Part shown: piece by piece, positions 25,206 through 40,497 of the stretch
How the letters are laid out: every line of letters starts with the position of its first letter
Position numbering within the stretch: position 1 is the stretch's first letter
Made by a program: the position numbers and the translations under genes
From: Chrysomallon squamiferum
Taxonomy: Eukaryota; Animalia; Mollusca
Length of the DNA: 64,000 bases
Assembly (NCBI GenBank): GCA_012295275.1
Contig: CM022678.1
Location: 8,618,001 to 8,682,000, forward strand
Direction: 5' to 3'
Notes under the pieces: generated by a model
What the model was told of the DNA's origin: nothing
Databases searched by the model: none
What the model saw: the letters and a program-made list of their open reading frames with translations, nothing else

Positions 25206-25865
25206 TAAGTGTGCAGTCTAAAATGGCATTACCCTACAGTGTCCTGGTTTTATAGAAATATTTTGTTTATATTTTAATTATTTATCAATGTTAACAGATG
25301 CAAGTTGAAATAAAGTGTTCTTGGAACATACCTACATGTTTATATTGATTCCATTTACACAACTTTATATGTATATTACAAGATATATTATTCAATATTT
25401 GTCTTTTGTTGTATTAAAAGTGAGAAACAAATAATAATTCTTGTTCATTCTAAAAAGTAATACAAATTCTTTGATACATTATGGATTAAAGTTCCATAGA
25501 GGCCCTTCCTGGAATGATAACAAATATATTGTATCTCTCATGTAACCAAAACTTTATTTTTTCTTTTCTTTTCTTTTATTTTTTATTTTTTTGTGTGGTG
25601 GCTCTTACAAAGTTCTGTGTAATGTATTTATATTAAATTTAAAAAAAATACATTTATGTTTACATATTAAAGAAGGAAAAAAATTCACAATTTCTGAATG
25701 TTTCATTCCTTATACTAGCAAATGTTAATTCATTTTGTTGTTAAATAACAAAGTCATGAATTAAAAGTATCTAAGTGTTTGTGGTCATGTGTGTGTATAT
25801 GCGTGTGAATGTGCACCTCTTTACTTGGTAGTTTGAAACTCATTTTAATGAATAGAAAAAGACAA

Positions 25866-25935
<70 letters not shown>

Positions 25936-25956
25936 TACTATTGCAATTATTATTAC

Positions 25957-26044
<88 letters not shown>

Positions 26045-26519
26045 ATGACAGTCTTTGACTAGGAGTAGTGAGTATAAATAAAAAAAAAAATACAGAAAAA
26101 AAAAAAGTTTCCAGATTAAAAGCCTTTTATTTATTAAGATTATTAAAGGCTTGAGGTAATGTTATATTGATAACTAGAGGTAGAATGGTAACCTTTGACT
26201 TAGTAGTTTAAGTTGGTGTATAGAGAGACATGCAGTGTTAGTTTACACTGAAACACTGATTAGTTTGTAGTATGTTTAGATCATCTGAGAACAAAAGTCA
26301 TTAATGTAATATTTTATTATGTGTCTCTATTCATTTATCCTTTCATTCATCTATCTTTTTATACATCCAGTGTCTTTGTGAGTGTTTATGTCTGAGTTTG
26401 TGTCTGTCTGTGTGTGTTTGTGTGTTTGTGTTTGTTTATGTATTTATGTTAGACTGTTTATGTCTGTAATGTATGTGTACCCATTATGTGTTGTGTGTGT
26501 GTATGTGTATGTGTATTTA

Positions 26520-26552
<33 letters not shown>

Positions 26553-26808
26553 GTATTTATGTGTATGAATGTGTATGTATGTATGTATGTTATGTATGTA
26601 TGTGTATGTGTGTGTATGTGTGTATGTGTATGTGTATGTATGTATGTATGTGTGTATGAAACACTGGGTGGAGTTGTTGATTATCAACCTGCTAAACACT
26701 TGTTTATTAAACACTCTTTGTGTTCAGTTCAAATATCCTGTCTCCAAGCTAAACAAACCAACTCCTGGCCTGTCCTTATCATTTTATTTATTTATTTATT
26801 TATTTATT

Positions 26809-26847
<39 letters not shown>

Positions 26848-28527
26848 CTTTTTTTTTTATTTATTTATACATTTATTCATTTTTATTTTTTTATTTCTTT
26901 TTTTATTTTTTTATTTATTTGTTTTTTTTATATTTTTTATTTTTTTTTATTTTTTATTTATTTTTTTTTTTTTTTTTTTTTATACATATAAGCAGACTGG
27001 ACAAGTGTCTCTGTTTCAATCACAGGGTGACAACATTTGTGACAAACTGGAAGTTTCAGCTTGACGTGATTGTGAGAAAAAAAAAATAGATTCTTTGTGT
27101 TTAGATTAATCACTGGATTCATGTATACATGTGGAAGTATGGGACTGAAAGATGGATGGATGATGAATAAGAGATATAAATGGATGAAGTAAAATGGTTA
27201 GCCTGGTTAGAATAGGGAGGGATGATATATTCACATAATATCCAAATACAATAACTCACTGGATATTTGGGTATGGGTGTGTGTGTGTTCACATTAACAT
27301 TTATATATAATTTGTGAGAGCTTGTGATTCATTTTTATTTATTTGTTTATCTACAATATCTCTGGCATGTTTTGATAATAATGATAATTTTGATGTGATA
27401 ATTATAACAGTAAAGATTCAAATTAATAAACAAATAATACAATACTTTCAAATATGAATACATTTTTTTTAAATGAACTGTTGTAGTAAAATATCTCAAC
27501 AGTACCTATTATATTCACATTTACTATAGTATCTACTACACTGTATCTGCTATACCCATAGTATACTACTATATCCCATATCAACTATATTCCATATCTA
27601 CTAGAGTCATATAAATGATATCCATACTTGATTTCAGAATGTTTGATGCACTTCTTAGTGGTACCTACAGGTGTGATTCCAAGTTATGAACACATACAAG
27701 ATAAAATTACATCATTTTATTCACCTGTTCATAGGCTCTGCATTTTTTGTACATCTATAGGTGGAACTAAAAATAGACATGGATAAGATTTTGTGCATGC
27801 GTTTTGAAAGAAACATAATCCAAAATGCATGTTTGTTTTTTCTTTAAAATCCAAAATAGTTTATTTATTTATTTATTTTTCTTACACTAAAGAGTTTAAA
27901 CTAGACTTTGATTTTTCATTTTATTTTGTTACAACACATTTCAGAATCAGAAAATTCAAATAATCTTATAGACCTTCTAATTAATATACCTATGAATTTA
28001 TCCATTTAAGAAATTTACTTAATATAATTGTAACAGAAGAAATTATGATTATTAAATACTTTACTTGGGTTAATATGTCAAAACAATATAAATAAAAATT
28101 ATCCTCATAAATAGGAATTTGTTACTCCAGTTTGATAATGCTGGCTAAAAAATTATAATTGAAAACAAAATAATTTACAATATTTATTTCAACAAAAATA
28201 CTTTTTCATCTGAAAAATATAATTTTAGAAAAACTACTAAAAATTGTAAGATTTCTGATTTATCCAGTAAAACTATAAAAAAGAATACCAAGACATTTGT
28301 TTACAAAAATGTTGTAAGTTAATAATTTGACAGACAAAATAACCTGCAAATTACTGATTAAGTAAATTTCTAATTTCTGATTTTATCTTCGAAACAACAA
28401 ATACATGCATATGTAGGTTTACATATTTCCTTCCATTTTATGTTTTATTGGGTAAATCTTTACCACAAGTCTTGGTATTTAATTATTATTTAATATTTGG
28501 ATTAGATGATTAAGTAAAAAAAAAAAA

Positions 28528-28574
<47 letters not shown>

Positions 28575-28819
28575 TGAAAAACATGAAATATATATTTTTT
28601 TTTTTAAAAGTCCTTAAAATAAACATTATTTTTTTTTTTTTTTTTTTAATGTAAGTAATCAGTAATTTTATGATCAATCATATTCTCTTTCTTTTCAAAT
28701 TTATATCATAAGACTTAATGTCATATTTTTCACCACTGTTTGAAATACACTTTGAAATAAACATCATTTTCCCTATCATGTATTGTCTGAATGTTTTTAT
28801 TTTTCTCACTCATTAGTAT

Positions 28820-29086
28820 CATTTGAAATATTTGTTCTTGTTTAAGACTGCTGCAGACTTGACTGTACTTGGTGCTGTGTCTGGTCAAACATTTTTCTCA
28901 CTGCTGTGACTGACTGAAAAAAGAGGCAGAACTGAATCCAGCATCTGTTTCATGATTTCTCAATCAGTCTGGCATCAACTATCAAAACTTTGATAGCAAA
29001 AACTCAAATCTTCATCAAACTTGGCCACAGATTTTCATTTCTGCTTTCACATGTCTGTGCACTGAACTCCATCAAACCATCCTATA

Positions 29087-29149
<63 letters not shown>

Positions 29150-29173
29150 AAGAAGAAGAAGAAGAAGAAGAAG

Positions 29174-29223
<50 letters not shown>

Positions 29224-30378
29224 CGGTAATAATAGTAGTGAAAATATCTACTGCTTTAATATTAATACTAATAATTTTTATTACAATAAAGTAACACACT
29301 CTATATATATATTTGCTGTTAGGGCTAATTAATCTACTGCTTCTAAACTTACTTATCTATATTGTGCATCAATTTAATTGAAAATATTAAGTAGCTATTG
29401 TTCATTGAAATGGTTAGACTTTTCTTTAAAAATCACTTATTAAGAAATATTAGAAACCTGACTTCCACAGTTACATCAATGACACACGAGAGACAGACTT
29501 TCACTGGAATTGTTTCATTCAGGATGATATTTCTACCACCTGAATCAAAGTGTATAATTACTTGTTGTCTACCACATCAAGTCTACTATTTCAAGTCAGT
29601 GGAACCTCAAGTCTCAGATCCTAGGTTCCTTAGGTTTGTAAATTGTAATCTTTACTGTAGAGGTAATTGTGTACTGTTATCTATCATAATCCATCTGAAT
29701 TCATTTTATTTATAAACAAACAACTGTGGTTTATTGTCAATCTCTAATCAACACTAAAACAATGAATTTATGTAGCTATTCATGATCTTCCATGTGACCA
29801 GCTAGTGGTAACCAGTTTTCAAATGCAGTACTTGGTCACAACCACAAACCTCTATCAATTAACTGAACAGTGTGAAAAGGAAATGTCTAAAATTGAAGTA
29901 ACTGGAAATATTAGAAGCATTATTTTTGTTTGTGATTCAATTATTCAGACACCTGAGAACAGCAATAAAACACTTTCCCTCCCAGTGAATTATTAATACA
30001 TTTTATTTCAGGGAAATAACTGAAGTCCACTAGCCTATTGCAAAATGTAGTCACATGGTCACTGAATACAAATGGAGGCAAAATGTACTTCTATGTGATA
30101 ATATAAAAATAAAAAGCAAATGTAGACTAACTTTAGTAGAAAACAGTGATTATTTCACGTATCACCAGACTGCATGAACCATGTGTGTGTGTGAAATACT
30201 AACAGTCTGCTGGATTCTGTTACCTGCAACCTGTTGATGAGTCCTTCCATCAACACCCTACCAGTCAAAGTTTCTCTTGTGAGATCTCATGTGTCAAAGT
30301 TACACAGAAACTACACTGAGCAGCTACACCAACAGTGACACCTGTAAATATGAAGAGGAAAATAAATTTCAAATTTAA

Positions 30379-30446
<68 letters not shown>

Positions 30447-31039
30447 ATATACACACACACACCTGCAACAAAATATTTGTTTTTAGATTCTGTTGTAGAA
30501 AACAGAAATTTATTTATGACCATCCAGCACAAAATGGGTTGCTGGTCATAAAGTTTACATTTTGATGTTTTTTAACTTTTCTAGATGAGCTTTGTCTTCA
30601 CAGTGAAAACTATATAAAAATTAAAAATATAGTTCCCGAGATATTAGTGACTGAACATTCTAACTTTCCATAATCAGTTTCTTGATAAAACAGAATTAAA
30701 TGACAATGATGATCTTTTAAACATTTTCCATAACAACAACTATTCCATATTAATAAAATCTTCTCACATTAGGCTCAGAATAGAATGCCCTGATGTTTGA
30801 AGACAGTATCTGTTTTGTTTTTGTAGAACAGTTTATTTTAATTTTAATATTAATCTTTGACTGAATGTATTAAACTAGAAATACCTGATTAAACAGTAAT
30901 AATTTAATAGTCATTAAAGAACATAAAAGCATAAAATTATAAAATGATATCTTGATTGAGGAGAAAAGACATCACCACTGTTTAAAGTCTTCAGCTGTAT
31001 TTTCCTCTTTTTATCACACATTAAAACATCTCCTTATAC
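28820..31039 (-). pseudogene. Unidentified seven-exon gene fragment (3' portion), inactivated
   Basis: Minus-strand AG/GT exons 31039-30976, 30874-30768, 30609-30521, 30341-30224, 29952-29813, 29539-29458 and 29081-~28820 have mutually consistent phases. Splicing gives YKEMF*CVIKRGKYS*RL*TVFNTFSQRLILKLK*TVLQKQNRYCLQTSGHSILSLIFHCEDKAHLEKLKNIKM*TL*PATHFVLDGVTVGVAAQCSFCVTLTHEISQEKL*LVGC*WKDSSTGCRCL...EVCGCDQVLHLKTGGRNIILNETIPVKVCLSCVIDVTVEVRMV*WSSVHRHVKAEMK/VAKFDEDLSFCYQSF. Confidence 0.65.
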
Positions 31040-32167
31040 CTAAAATAATCTCATATTAATGCTTCAGCATGAAAATGTTTTGAGAAAATTAAAATGTCTG
31101 ATATTCATTCCTAAACATGTACAAAATATTTGTTTACTAAAAAAAGTAATGTCCTTTGACACAACAGACTGAAACTAGTCTATTTACAAATTAGCAGCTT
31201 GACAGGTTCTTATGGGTGACATGAGTAGCTTCACAGAGACTTTAAACTTTGACAACTAACATCTACATGTTTTCAGTTAGATGGTAGAAGGGCCATATAA
31301 AAAGGGTCCGCAGAAATTTACAAGAGAATGGTTCATATTAAAATGCAGTGCAACAACTTGGACAAAGTCTCTGCAACTTGTACCCTAGGATTTTGATAAC
31401 ATCTGATTTCAAATGATTTAAAAAAATTCTAGGATGGATATGTACAAAGCTTTTATGTCCACAAGCGTAAAAGACCATGATGTCTGTCATGGACTTTTGT
31501 TAACTTTGAATCGATGACTAAAAAGGTCTCAGTATAGTGTGTTCTCTATATACAAAAACACCTACATACTTGTACAACCCCTACTCAGTATTTGTGACTT
31601 CACTAACATTAAAATCTTTTTCATTTCTATGTATAGTGATTACCCACAAATGTTCCTGATATTGATAGAAGGATAACAAATTTCTCAGATGTCTGCAATT
31701 GGAACAGTTAATAACTGAACAATGGTCATGGCCTCACATTACAGAATGGTTAGTTTTGCACACCAATTTGCAAGTAGGACTATTTTGCCGAGATCTCGCA
31801 ATCTGCATCCTTGAATTACCCGGCAATGGGCACATGCACAGTGGAATGTGAAATATCTCAATTAACAGTTGACTCTAAAACCCACTATATTATAATTTAG
31901 AAAATTCACTTTTCTTTTGAAAACCAAGAACACAGTTAAAAACTAATTCTTTGCTTGGACACATATACCCTTTTAAATGAGATAATAAGAATAACAAAAA
32001 AATAATAAAAATGAATAGCCATTTATAATATTTTATTTTAAAACTATTTTTAAAATCTGTTTTTACAGAATACAACATACATAAATGTTGTGTCACCAGA
32101 TGAACTGCTGCTATCATTTTACTGTTACTGACTGTTATCTTTGTCAGTAGAATAACATTACACTTAC

Positions 32168-35100
32168 TCAGTCTGCTAATACAAAGACTCCTGGAAGAAG
32201 TTTATTCAATAAAATACAATAGAAAATATGTTTTGTTGTTGTGTTTGTGTGATGTCCAAGTCTGCGCTCATTAAGAACAATCTATTACCACTACTGTCTT
32301 CTGATCAAAGTGTTTTCTGAATTCTGTTTCTTAGGATTAATGTAAACATCAAGGTTAATGTAAAATGGCATATGTCCTTTACCTTCACCTTCACTTTGAC
32401 CTTGACCTACATAATTTTCGTTATCCTTGTGTTAGTGGAGTATCAGACACTGAAATCACACTTACTTGTTCATCTGGTGTTGAGATTCAGAGAAACAGTG
32501 GCTTCCAGTTATGTCCCCTTGACTGGAAATACATCAGCTGTCATGGGTGATGTTTGAGGAGGTTTCCTAGGCTTTGTTGGAGATGTTGTCCTCTTTCTGG
32601 GAGTCTCGTCTCTTTCCTCTGCTTTTCAATGATTTAAGTGTTTTTCTTTGGCTGGTTTTAGCTCAGCTGACATTAAAGGTTCAAGTTTTTCTCCATGATC
32701 ACTGACATTCGACTGTTGAGATTGGTCACCTGGTGTGACACTTCAACTTATGCTGTCAGAACCGTTGTAGTTCAACATGGTCGGCTGCAGTGTCTGTGGG
32801 GCTCAAGGTCACCAACATTGAGCTGATCATCAGCAAAACTTTGACTCGACATTAACCAAGAAAGTGGACAACTCACTGGTCTGATTCTGATTGGTGGCTG
32901 CCTCATCTGAGCAGATAAATAAATAAACAAATCAATCAATCAATAAAATACTTAATCTGATATTAAATAAATAAGCAAACAAACAAATCAAATATTAAAG
33001 AAAAAAAAAAAAAAAAAAAAATATTAAACAAAGTATTAATCTCTTTTCTTTCTTTTTCCCCCAATTCAAGTAAGATATCTATTATTTTATACTGTTATTG
33101 TTAAAATTACTACAACAAAAAACAACTACTACTACTACAACTGCTCCTGTTGCCACAGCTACTTTTCATTTTACTTTTATCATAACAATTTCTCATTTAA
33201 CTGTCATATACTCACACTCCCTCTATTACTTCTACTACTGCAACAACAAAATTACTATTAGTACTTCTACTACTACTACTACAACTAGTACTATGACTAC
33301 AGCTAGTATTTTTCTGACTATTAGTCACACAAGATACATTATGATCACAAAGCATCACTGGCTAAAATATCACCTATTACTACAAACAAGAGCTATTATT
33401 ATTAATTACTAACACTACTACAACAATGGGCTGTACTACTATTACTGCTGTTACTGTAACAACAACAACAACCTCTGCAGATGATTCTGTTTCTGCCAGG
33501 CTAGTACAGATTCTTTGATGACATTTCTGTCCTGTGGCAACCTCGCAGAATTAGCTCTTCATGTGTACCCAGCAGTGTCTGTAAAACAGTAGCCTTTTAT
33601 TTATTTATATATTTATTTATTTGTAGTTAGTTTCTTTACTTATTTATTTATTTGCAGATATATGAAATATTTCTCTTTCTGAAGATAAACATATTTTTTA
33701 TTTTTTTTAAATTACTAAATTATAAATATACTAAATTCTTAGAATCATCAAATTATAGTAAACACTAAGGCTAAATTAATTTTTGAACTTTCAAATCAAA
33801 ATAAAATAAAGCAGATTGCATTCTGGCAAGTTCAAAACAAAACAAGAAATGGTTTTTATTACTACAAATATAAGCTAAAAAGAAATTAAACAATGCTTAT
33901 GGAAGTATGGAAATATGGAAGAATACTAATTTATCAGCCTATTTGTATACTACAATTACTTTACTTATTATTATGGACTCTCCTTGCTAAGTTATCAAGC
34001 TATTTGTATACTACAATTACTTTACTTATTATTATGGACTCTCCTTGCTAAGTTATCAAGCTATTTGTATACTACAATTACTTTACTTATTATTATGGAC
34101 TCTCTTTGCTAAGTTATCAAGCTATTTGTATACTACAATTACTTTACTTATTATTATGGACTCTCCTTGCTAAGTTATCAAGCTATTTGTATACTACAAT
34201 TACTTTACTTATTATTATAGACTCTCCTTGCTAAGTTATCAAGCTATTTGTATACTACAATTACTTTACTTATTATTATAGACTCTCCTTGCTAAGTTAT
34301 CAAGCTATTTGTATACTACAATTACTTTACTTATTATTATAGACTCTCCTTGCTAAGTTATCAAGCTATTTGTATACTACAATTACTTTACTTATTATTA
34401 TAGACTCTCCTTGCTAAGTTATCAAGCTATTTGTATACTACAATTACTTTACTTATTATTATTGACTCTCTTTGCTAAGTTATCAAGCTATTTGTATACT
34501 ACAATTACTTTACTTATTGTTATGGACTCTCCTTGCTCTAATCTGCTTTTCTTACTTTTATTATTGAGAATATATTACCAATAGGAAAACTAAGAAGAAT
34601 GTAAATGAATCAGATTAGTTAATGTGTGAGTTTTTCATACCAGTTTTTTGATAAACTTCTCTTTCTGTTCTGCTGTCTGTGTGTGTCCCATTCTGATGTT
34701 TAGATAACAACACTTGTCTGATTTGTGATATATGTCTGAAAAAGTAAAAACAAAGATAATTTCATTTTTTTATTGTTTTTATTAGTAACATTATTTAGTG
34801 TTATATGTATATAAATGCCATTTACTGATACAAATGAATGTTTATGAAAAATCAGTATCTTTTAAACATATGTCATTATAACCTGATTATTGATAAACAC
34901 AAATTCTGCTAAAACGCAACAAATCTGAAATAAAGAAGAAATATTTTATTTAAGAACATACACCACATTTTTTTTTTTACTAGTTCTTTCTATCTTAAAA
35001 GGTAAATAACGATACAGCTAATGAAGTGACACCTTTTCTGAAAAGCAACTAAACATATATTTCTAATATATATCTTTCCACAGAAAAAAAAAATCATTTA

Positions 35101-37027
35101 CTATGATATGTCACACATCAGCAGCTAGAGTGGGAAATAACATTACTAGTCCTCCATGAGGACTGATCCTGGAACCTTTATCATAAAAGGTAAATAACAA
35201 TACAGCTAATGAAAAAGAAAAGCTGTTTCTGCAATATGAAGTGACACCTTTTTTAGACAAGCCATTAAAAATCTATCTTTAGTATACGTCTTTCCACAGA
35301 AAAAAACCCCAGAAAAAAACAACAACATATATATTTTCTTCAGTATATCAGGCACAGATCAGGAGCTAGATTGGGAAATAAGATTATTAGTCCTCCATTC
35401 AGGACTGATCCTGGAACACAACAAACCTTTGCTACAAACTCTTTTTTTCTTAACTTTATTGATATAATCAATAGTTGTACAAAAATAATTAAAATTAAAA
35501 CAGTACATACATTTTTTGGTGTAAATAATTTTGAATAAAATTCATAAGCATATTCTAATAATTCTTCCATTTTTCTAATTAATCTATTTACTCTTTTAAG
35601 TTCTTTAATAGAATTTGATTAGTGTTTTAATTTTTCTGAATTCAGAAAAAAAAACAATGTATTTCTATCCATATCTAGGTTCTATTGAGCTTTAGGTCTT
35701 AAAATAACACCATTACACTAAATCTCTATCAATTAATTTTAACTTTTCTTCTTTGTATGTTAGTCAAATCATGATGTCTATTTAAAGCCAGTTTAGCATA
35801 ATCTCAGTTTATAGCATTTTGTATATTATAATATTTCTAGTTGTCTAATTGTCTCTTATTTAGTGCAAAATGTTTTATATTTTAAGTTATTTGATCAAAC
35901 AACAGGTTCAGTTTGTAACAAAGGACACTCAGAAGCATTATTAATTACTTCAACAAGAGCTTTACAAAAAAGTTCATCTTTCAACAATTCATTATTAAAA
36001 ATTCAAATACCTTCACCTCTCTCTACATGAGAAAAATCTATTTCAAGTGATAAAAAATTGTGATCACTAACTGAAGTATAGGATATATATACATTACTTA
36101 TAAACTGTAATAAATTTCTAGAAATTAAAAAAAAATCAATTCTTGACTGATTTATAGTTTTTTCAACAATTTGAGATCTAGTAAATTGTTTTTTATCTGG
36201 ATTTCAACCAAATATCAACTAAATTATAATTATAAATAACTGACTGTAATTCATCACTACTTATCACACTGAAAGTTTTATTATTAATGCCTAAATCTAA
36301 ATTAGGATCTAAAATTACATTAAAATCTCCTGTCATTAATATATTTTTAAAATCCACAAATTTACATAATCATTTAAAAATAAAATATTTTCTGCAATAT
36401 TATTTGGTGCATATACACTTATAAAACTATATTCATCACCATCTATTTTAGTATTAATTTTTAAAATCCTGCCTTCAGTGTCTCAACTATTAAAGGTAAA
36501 CTTATAAAGACATTCTTTTGATATCAGTATTGCTACACCCTCCAGTATAAACACTAAAACTGAATATGACAAAATCCCAATGTTTCCAGTACAATAATAA
36601 ATTTCATAAATTCATTTAATAAAAGATACAATTCAATTGTGGACTTGCAATGTAATTAAAAACTCTCACAAAACTTACTTTCTGCTTCCTGACCATTCAG
36701 CAGCTGTCCTGTCTCTGTCAGTTTTATCATTTCAAACCAGAAGAACAGCTCTGTGAGAAAGGCTAAGAGGTTTTCTCGTATACTGTCTTGTGTGTACAGG
36801 AGATCCTCGTAGGTGAAATGGAAAAAGTTGATGGAAGATGCCGTTCACAGAATGTTTTGGTGAGGCGTAGATTATGTAAAGAATTAGCTATTCCTAACCC
36901 ATCTTTCAAACATATATCTGAGGAAAAAATAAACAACAATGAGGCAATTAATATTTAATAACACAGTAAAAGAGGTTAAGGAGGATGAAAAGGATGTGAT
37001 AACTGACAGACAGACAGACAGACAGAC

Positions 37028-37089
<62 letters not shown>

Positions 37090-38843
37090 AATTATATTCA
37101 AAACCAAAAAAAAAATAAAAAAAAAAAAAAAAAAACCAGACCTAATAATAAAATATGAATTTTGTTGATTATGAAATATAAAATCAAAAAGCACCCCAAA
37201 ACCCCATCCTCTTTTAACTAGATATTAAGATTCATAAATTTACTTTATGCTAAATTTAAAGTTACCATGTGATTCATACTTTTTATTTACAAAAAATGTG
37301 TTATTTAACAAACCATGAAAACTGAGACACTTCAGACAACAGAGACGACAGACAACAGCTACTGTACATATGTCTCATGTCTTTTAGTATGTCTGTCATC
37401 ACAGGAACAGTCACACTGTCTGAAGGGCTGGCAGTTCCAATCTGGTAACAGGAAAGTTAAACATTTTAAAATATGATGCTTCTTGTCTTCTTCTTTTGTT
37501 TTATAATATAGAAATTTACAACAAAATAATCATATTTATATGAATGTAATTATAGGAATGTGTGACAAATGTACATGGTAAAAAGTGTACTGTGTGTTTA
37601 CAAGATACTAATGTAATTTGTGTGTGTTTTACAAGATACTAATGTAATTTGTGTGTTTAAAGATACTATGTGCATGTCATGTCTACCCTACTGATATATT
37701 ATTAACAAACTGCAAACTCCTGCATTAAATTAAATTAAACTTAATTATGTTTAGAACAATGAGAAATATTTAAATAAAAACAACTCAATTCAAAACTCAA
37801 TTTTTTTTTTTTCTGCAGCAGTACAAACTTTATTTAAGCAGAAAATAATTGTGTCCTCAGTGCCTGATGGAAGTTCACTGGGTGCGTTAAAAGTTGTAAT
37901 TCATCTGAAAATTTTAAAATTGCTTGTTCAAAATGTTGAATTTAAAATATGAGGTCTCTTTAGGCTATATGATAAATTATACAAAACATGCACCCCAAAT
38001 ATCATTCTCCTTCTCCCTCTCTCCCTGTCTCTCCATTCCTTAATCCTCTGTCTTTTTCTCATACATTCATACATTTGCATGTTTAACTGCAATCATCATA
38101 ATCCTTCACCTTCTTTTCAGCTATCATTTAATAATCAAAGTAGAAAAATGAATACTTTAACTATACCTCAGCTTTAACTGAAATATAATTTACCAAAATA
38201 TAAAAGGAAGAAAAGTAAATCAACTTTGACAGAGTCAAACTAACTCAGTTTAATAAAAAAAAAAAAAAAAAAAAAAATTCAAATTTTAATATTTAACAAG
38301 ATAAAAAATATAAATAAATAAATAAACAAAAACAACAGCAAACCTGATGGCAAGGACAGCACATTCTTCTGAAACAACTTCACTGGCATATGCCAACATC
38401 AGCGCATCAATTAGAGCTATATGTACATTCTAAAAGAAAAAAGAAATAAAATAATAATAAAAATAATAACTAAGCAGTTATAAATAAATAACTAATACTT
38501 CTGTTATTATCAAAATTTAAATTGAACTGTATTATTCAGACAAATTGGGCTGTGGGATATCTTCAGTACACTTTGTCATTAATAAATAATGTAACATAAT
38601 TATTATAATATTAAACTGATTACAAAACAATAGCAAATAAGTGATTTTTATTACACTATTTTATAATCAATAAAGAGTTGCTACAAATCTTATTTTACTC
38701 TCTAAAACACAAACATAAAATATATTATACTCACAACTCAGAATGGTGCAGTTTGCATAAGAATGGTTTCTGTAACTGGTGATTCATCCTTCTCCATGAT
38801 GTAAATTCCCTTTCTTGACAGATCTGAATAATAATACAGTCAC
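32168..38843 (-). pseudogene. CAMSAP: CAMSAP/Patronin (microtubule minus-end binding) N-terminal half including the CH domain, multi-exon, disrupted
   Basis: Exons 38843-38735 (LSRKGIYIMEKDESPVTETILMQTAPF*V), 38429-38344 (NVHIALIDALMLAYASEVVSEE), 37904-37829 (R*ITTFNAPSELPSGTEDTIIFCLNK), 37441-37314, 36917-36679 (ICLKDGLGIANSLHNLRL..FHFTYEDLLY..NLLAFLTELFFWFE), 34735-34641, 33578-33473 (..VLAWQK) and from 32906 (EPLMSAELKPAKEK). These match recalled CAMSAP motifs ALSRKGIYVME, HMAMVDALMMAY, ELPYDLEDAMVFWINK, DICLKE..DSLYNIRL..FIAELFWWFE and PLMPAVLKPAKEK. No CKK domain seen. Confidence 0.92.
33935..34540. repeat. Intronic minisatellite, 61-bp unit, about 10 copies
   Basis: ctatttgtatactacaattactttacttattattatggactctccttgctaagttatcaag shifts by 1 nt per 60-nt line. 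Confidence 0.95.
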
Positions 38844-39003
38844 CTACGAAAAATAGCAATGTCAATAGTAAATATAATGTTTAATTTTTGAAAGTACATG
38901 ATATTTTTTGTTATCAATCTACATTTGTCTGATAAATGCATTTTTCTCTGCCTTATTATCGTTTGTGAAAGTTATAATAAATTGATTTACATATGAAATT
39001 GCC

Positions 39004-39106
<103 letters not shown>

Positions 39107-39206
39107 AATACGATTATAGTTTAGTTTATACGGTGAACACCTCTCTTTCTGCTTCTTTCACACATACACTGATACAGTGTACACATTACATCATGATCAT
39201 GTTTAC

Positions 39207-40190
39207 CTCGTTCCATGGCTGAAAATGTGCGCATAATCCGCATTCGATTCACGCTTGGAATCACACAAACATAAAACATCCCAATCCATTTGGATTCTCG
39301 TGAAATATTTCCAAAATTCTATTAAATTGAATAATCAACAAGTAAAACGTTACCGAATTAAAAACAAAAATAAACTGGCTGTCAAACATCAGTTCATACT
39401 GGTTTGAAAAGCGTAGCATACATTCGAATCCGTTTATGTTCGAAACATCGTGGTTTATCGAGACTAGCCTGGCCTTAACCTAATTTTATTTAGTATTTAA
39501 GAAGTCATTAATTTGTTTATTCTCACAAAAATTATTATAAAATTTGTAGAAATTTATTCTGTATTCATTTCTGAGCTAAAAATGAAATTAAGAAAAATAT
39601 CCATAATAATTATAAATATTATTAATATTAATAAATAAATAATTGCGATAATAATTTTTAAGAAACAAAAAAGAATTGTTTTAAATAAATAAATAAAAAA
39701 AAAAAAAAAAAAAAAATTAATAAAATAAAATAAAATAAAATAAAGTTAACTTAAAAAACAAAAATGCAACACAAAAAAAAAAAATAAAAACGGGATAAAA
39801 AGCAGTCATAACTATTCTTAAAAACAAGGAACCCCCCCCCCCGAAACCACCACCACAAAAAAAAAACACTTCCTCATAGTTAAAAATTAAAGTTTAAATG
39901 AAACAGATATATGATTGTATTTTATTTAATTTTTTTTTTTTTTTTTTTTAATTATTATTAATATTTTTTGCTACCAGGCCTTTTTCTGAGGAGAACGGAT
40001 TCTGTTGGATATATACAGAGGACTCGAATGTCTCCGTCTATTCGACCGAGATGATCCGAACGGTCCCGATCACTTTTCCGATACTGGGTCAGCGAGACTC
40101 GTGGTTTTGTTTATCAAGACTACAGTTAGCGCCATGCCTATCCGGTCGAGAAAGTTAGTGTTATAAACCGATGTTGGCAAATTCAGGTAA
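39207..40190. promoter_or_regulatory. CpG-rich, probably bidirectional promoter with divergent first exons
   Basis: Abrupt CpG enrichment. The minus-strand exon ends at donor GAG|gtaaac (39207) with Kozak gccATGg at 39216. The plus-strand exon ends at donor CAG|gtaagc (40186), with next acceptor ctctctacag at 40540. A ZNF143/SBS-like gactacagttagcgccatgc lies at ~40118. Confidence 0.55.
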
Positions 40191-40458
40191 GCCGATAAGT
40201 CCACTTTATCGAACTACTAGCAAACCTTTTGTATGAAATAAATATTTGAGATTAATACTGACTCTTGTGTTATATCTTATAGAGAAAAAGGCGACTTCCC
40301 CATAACCATTTTACCATCCCAATCGCCGAAACGGAACTTTGGTCGCAATTAATTCTCAAACATTCTGACTTAATAATTTATAATTTTAATATTTTCGGTA
40401 ACTTTTAAATATTTTTTTAATTTCTTTTTGTTTCGAAATTATATGTGATAAATTTTAT

Positions 40459-40497
<39 letters not shown>

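Noticed and set aside
25809-27089. Poly-Leu and 235-aa VCVC/poly-Phe ORFs (also RERE, SLSL, THTH, poly-I/N ORFs elsewhere)
   Set aside because: Translations of (TTA)n, (TG)n, (AG)n and poly-T microsatellites.
31150-31890. Possible non-autonomous DNA transposon
   Set aside because: Composition is suggestive, but I could not find paired termini, a TSD or coding motifs.
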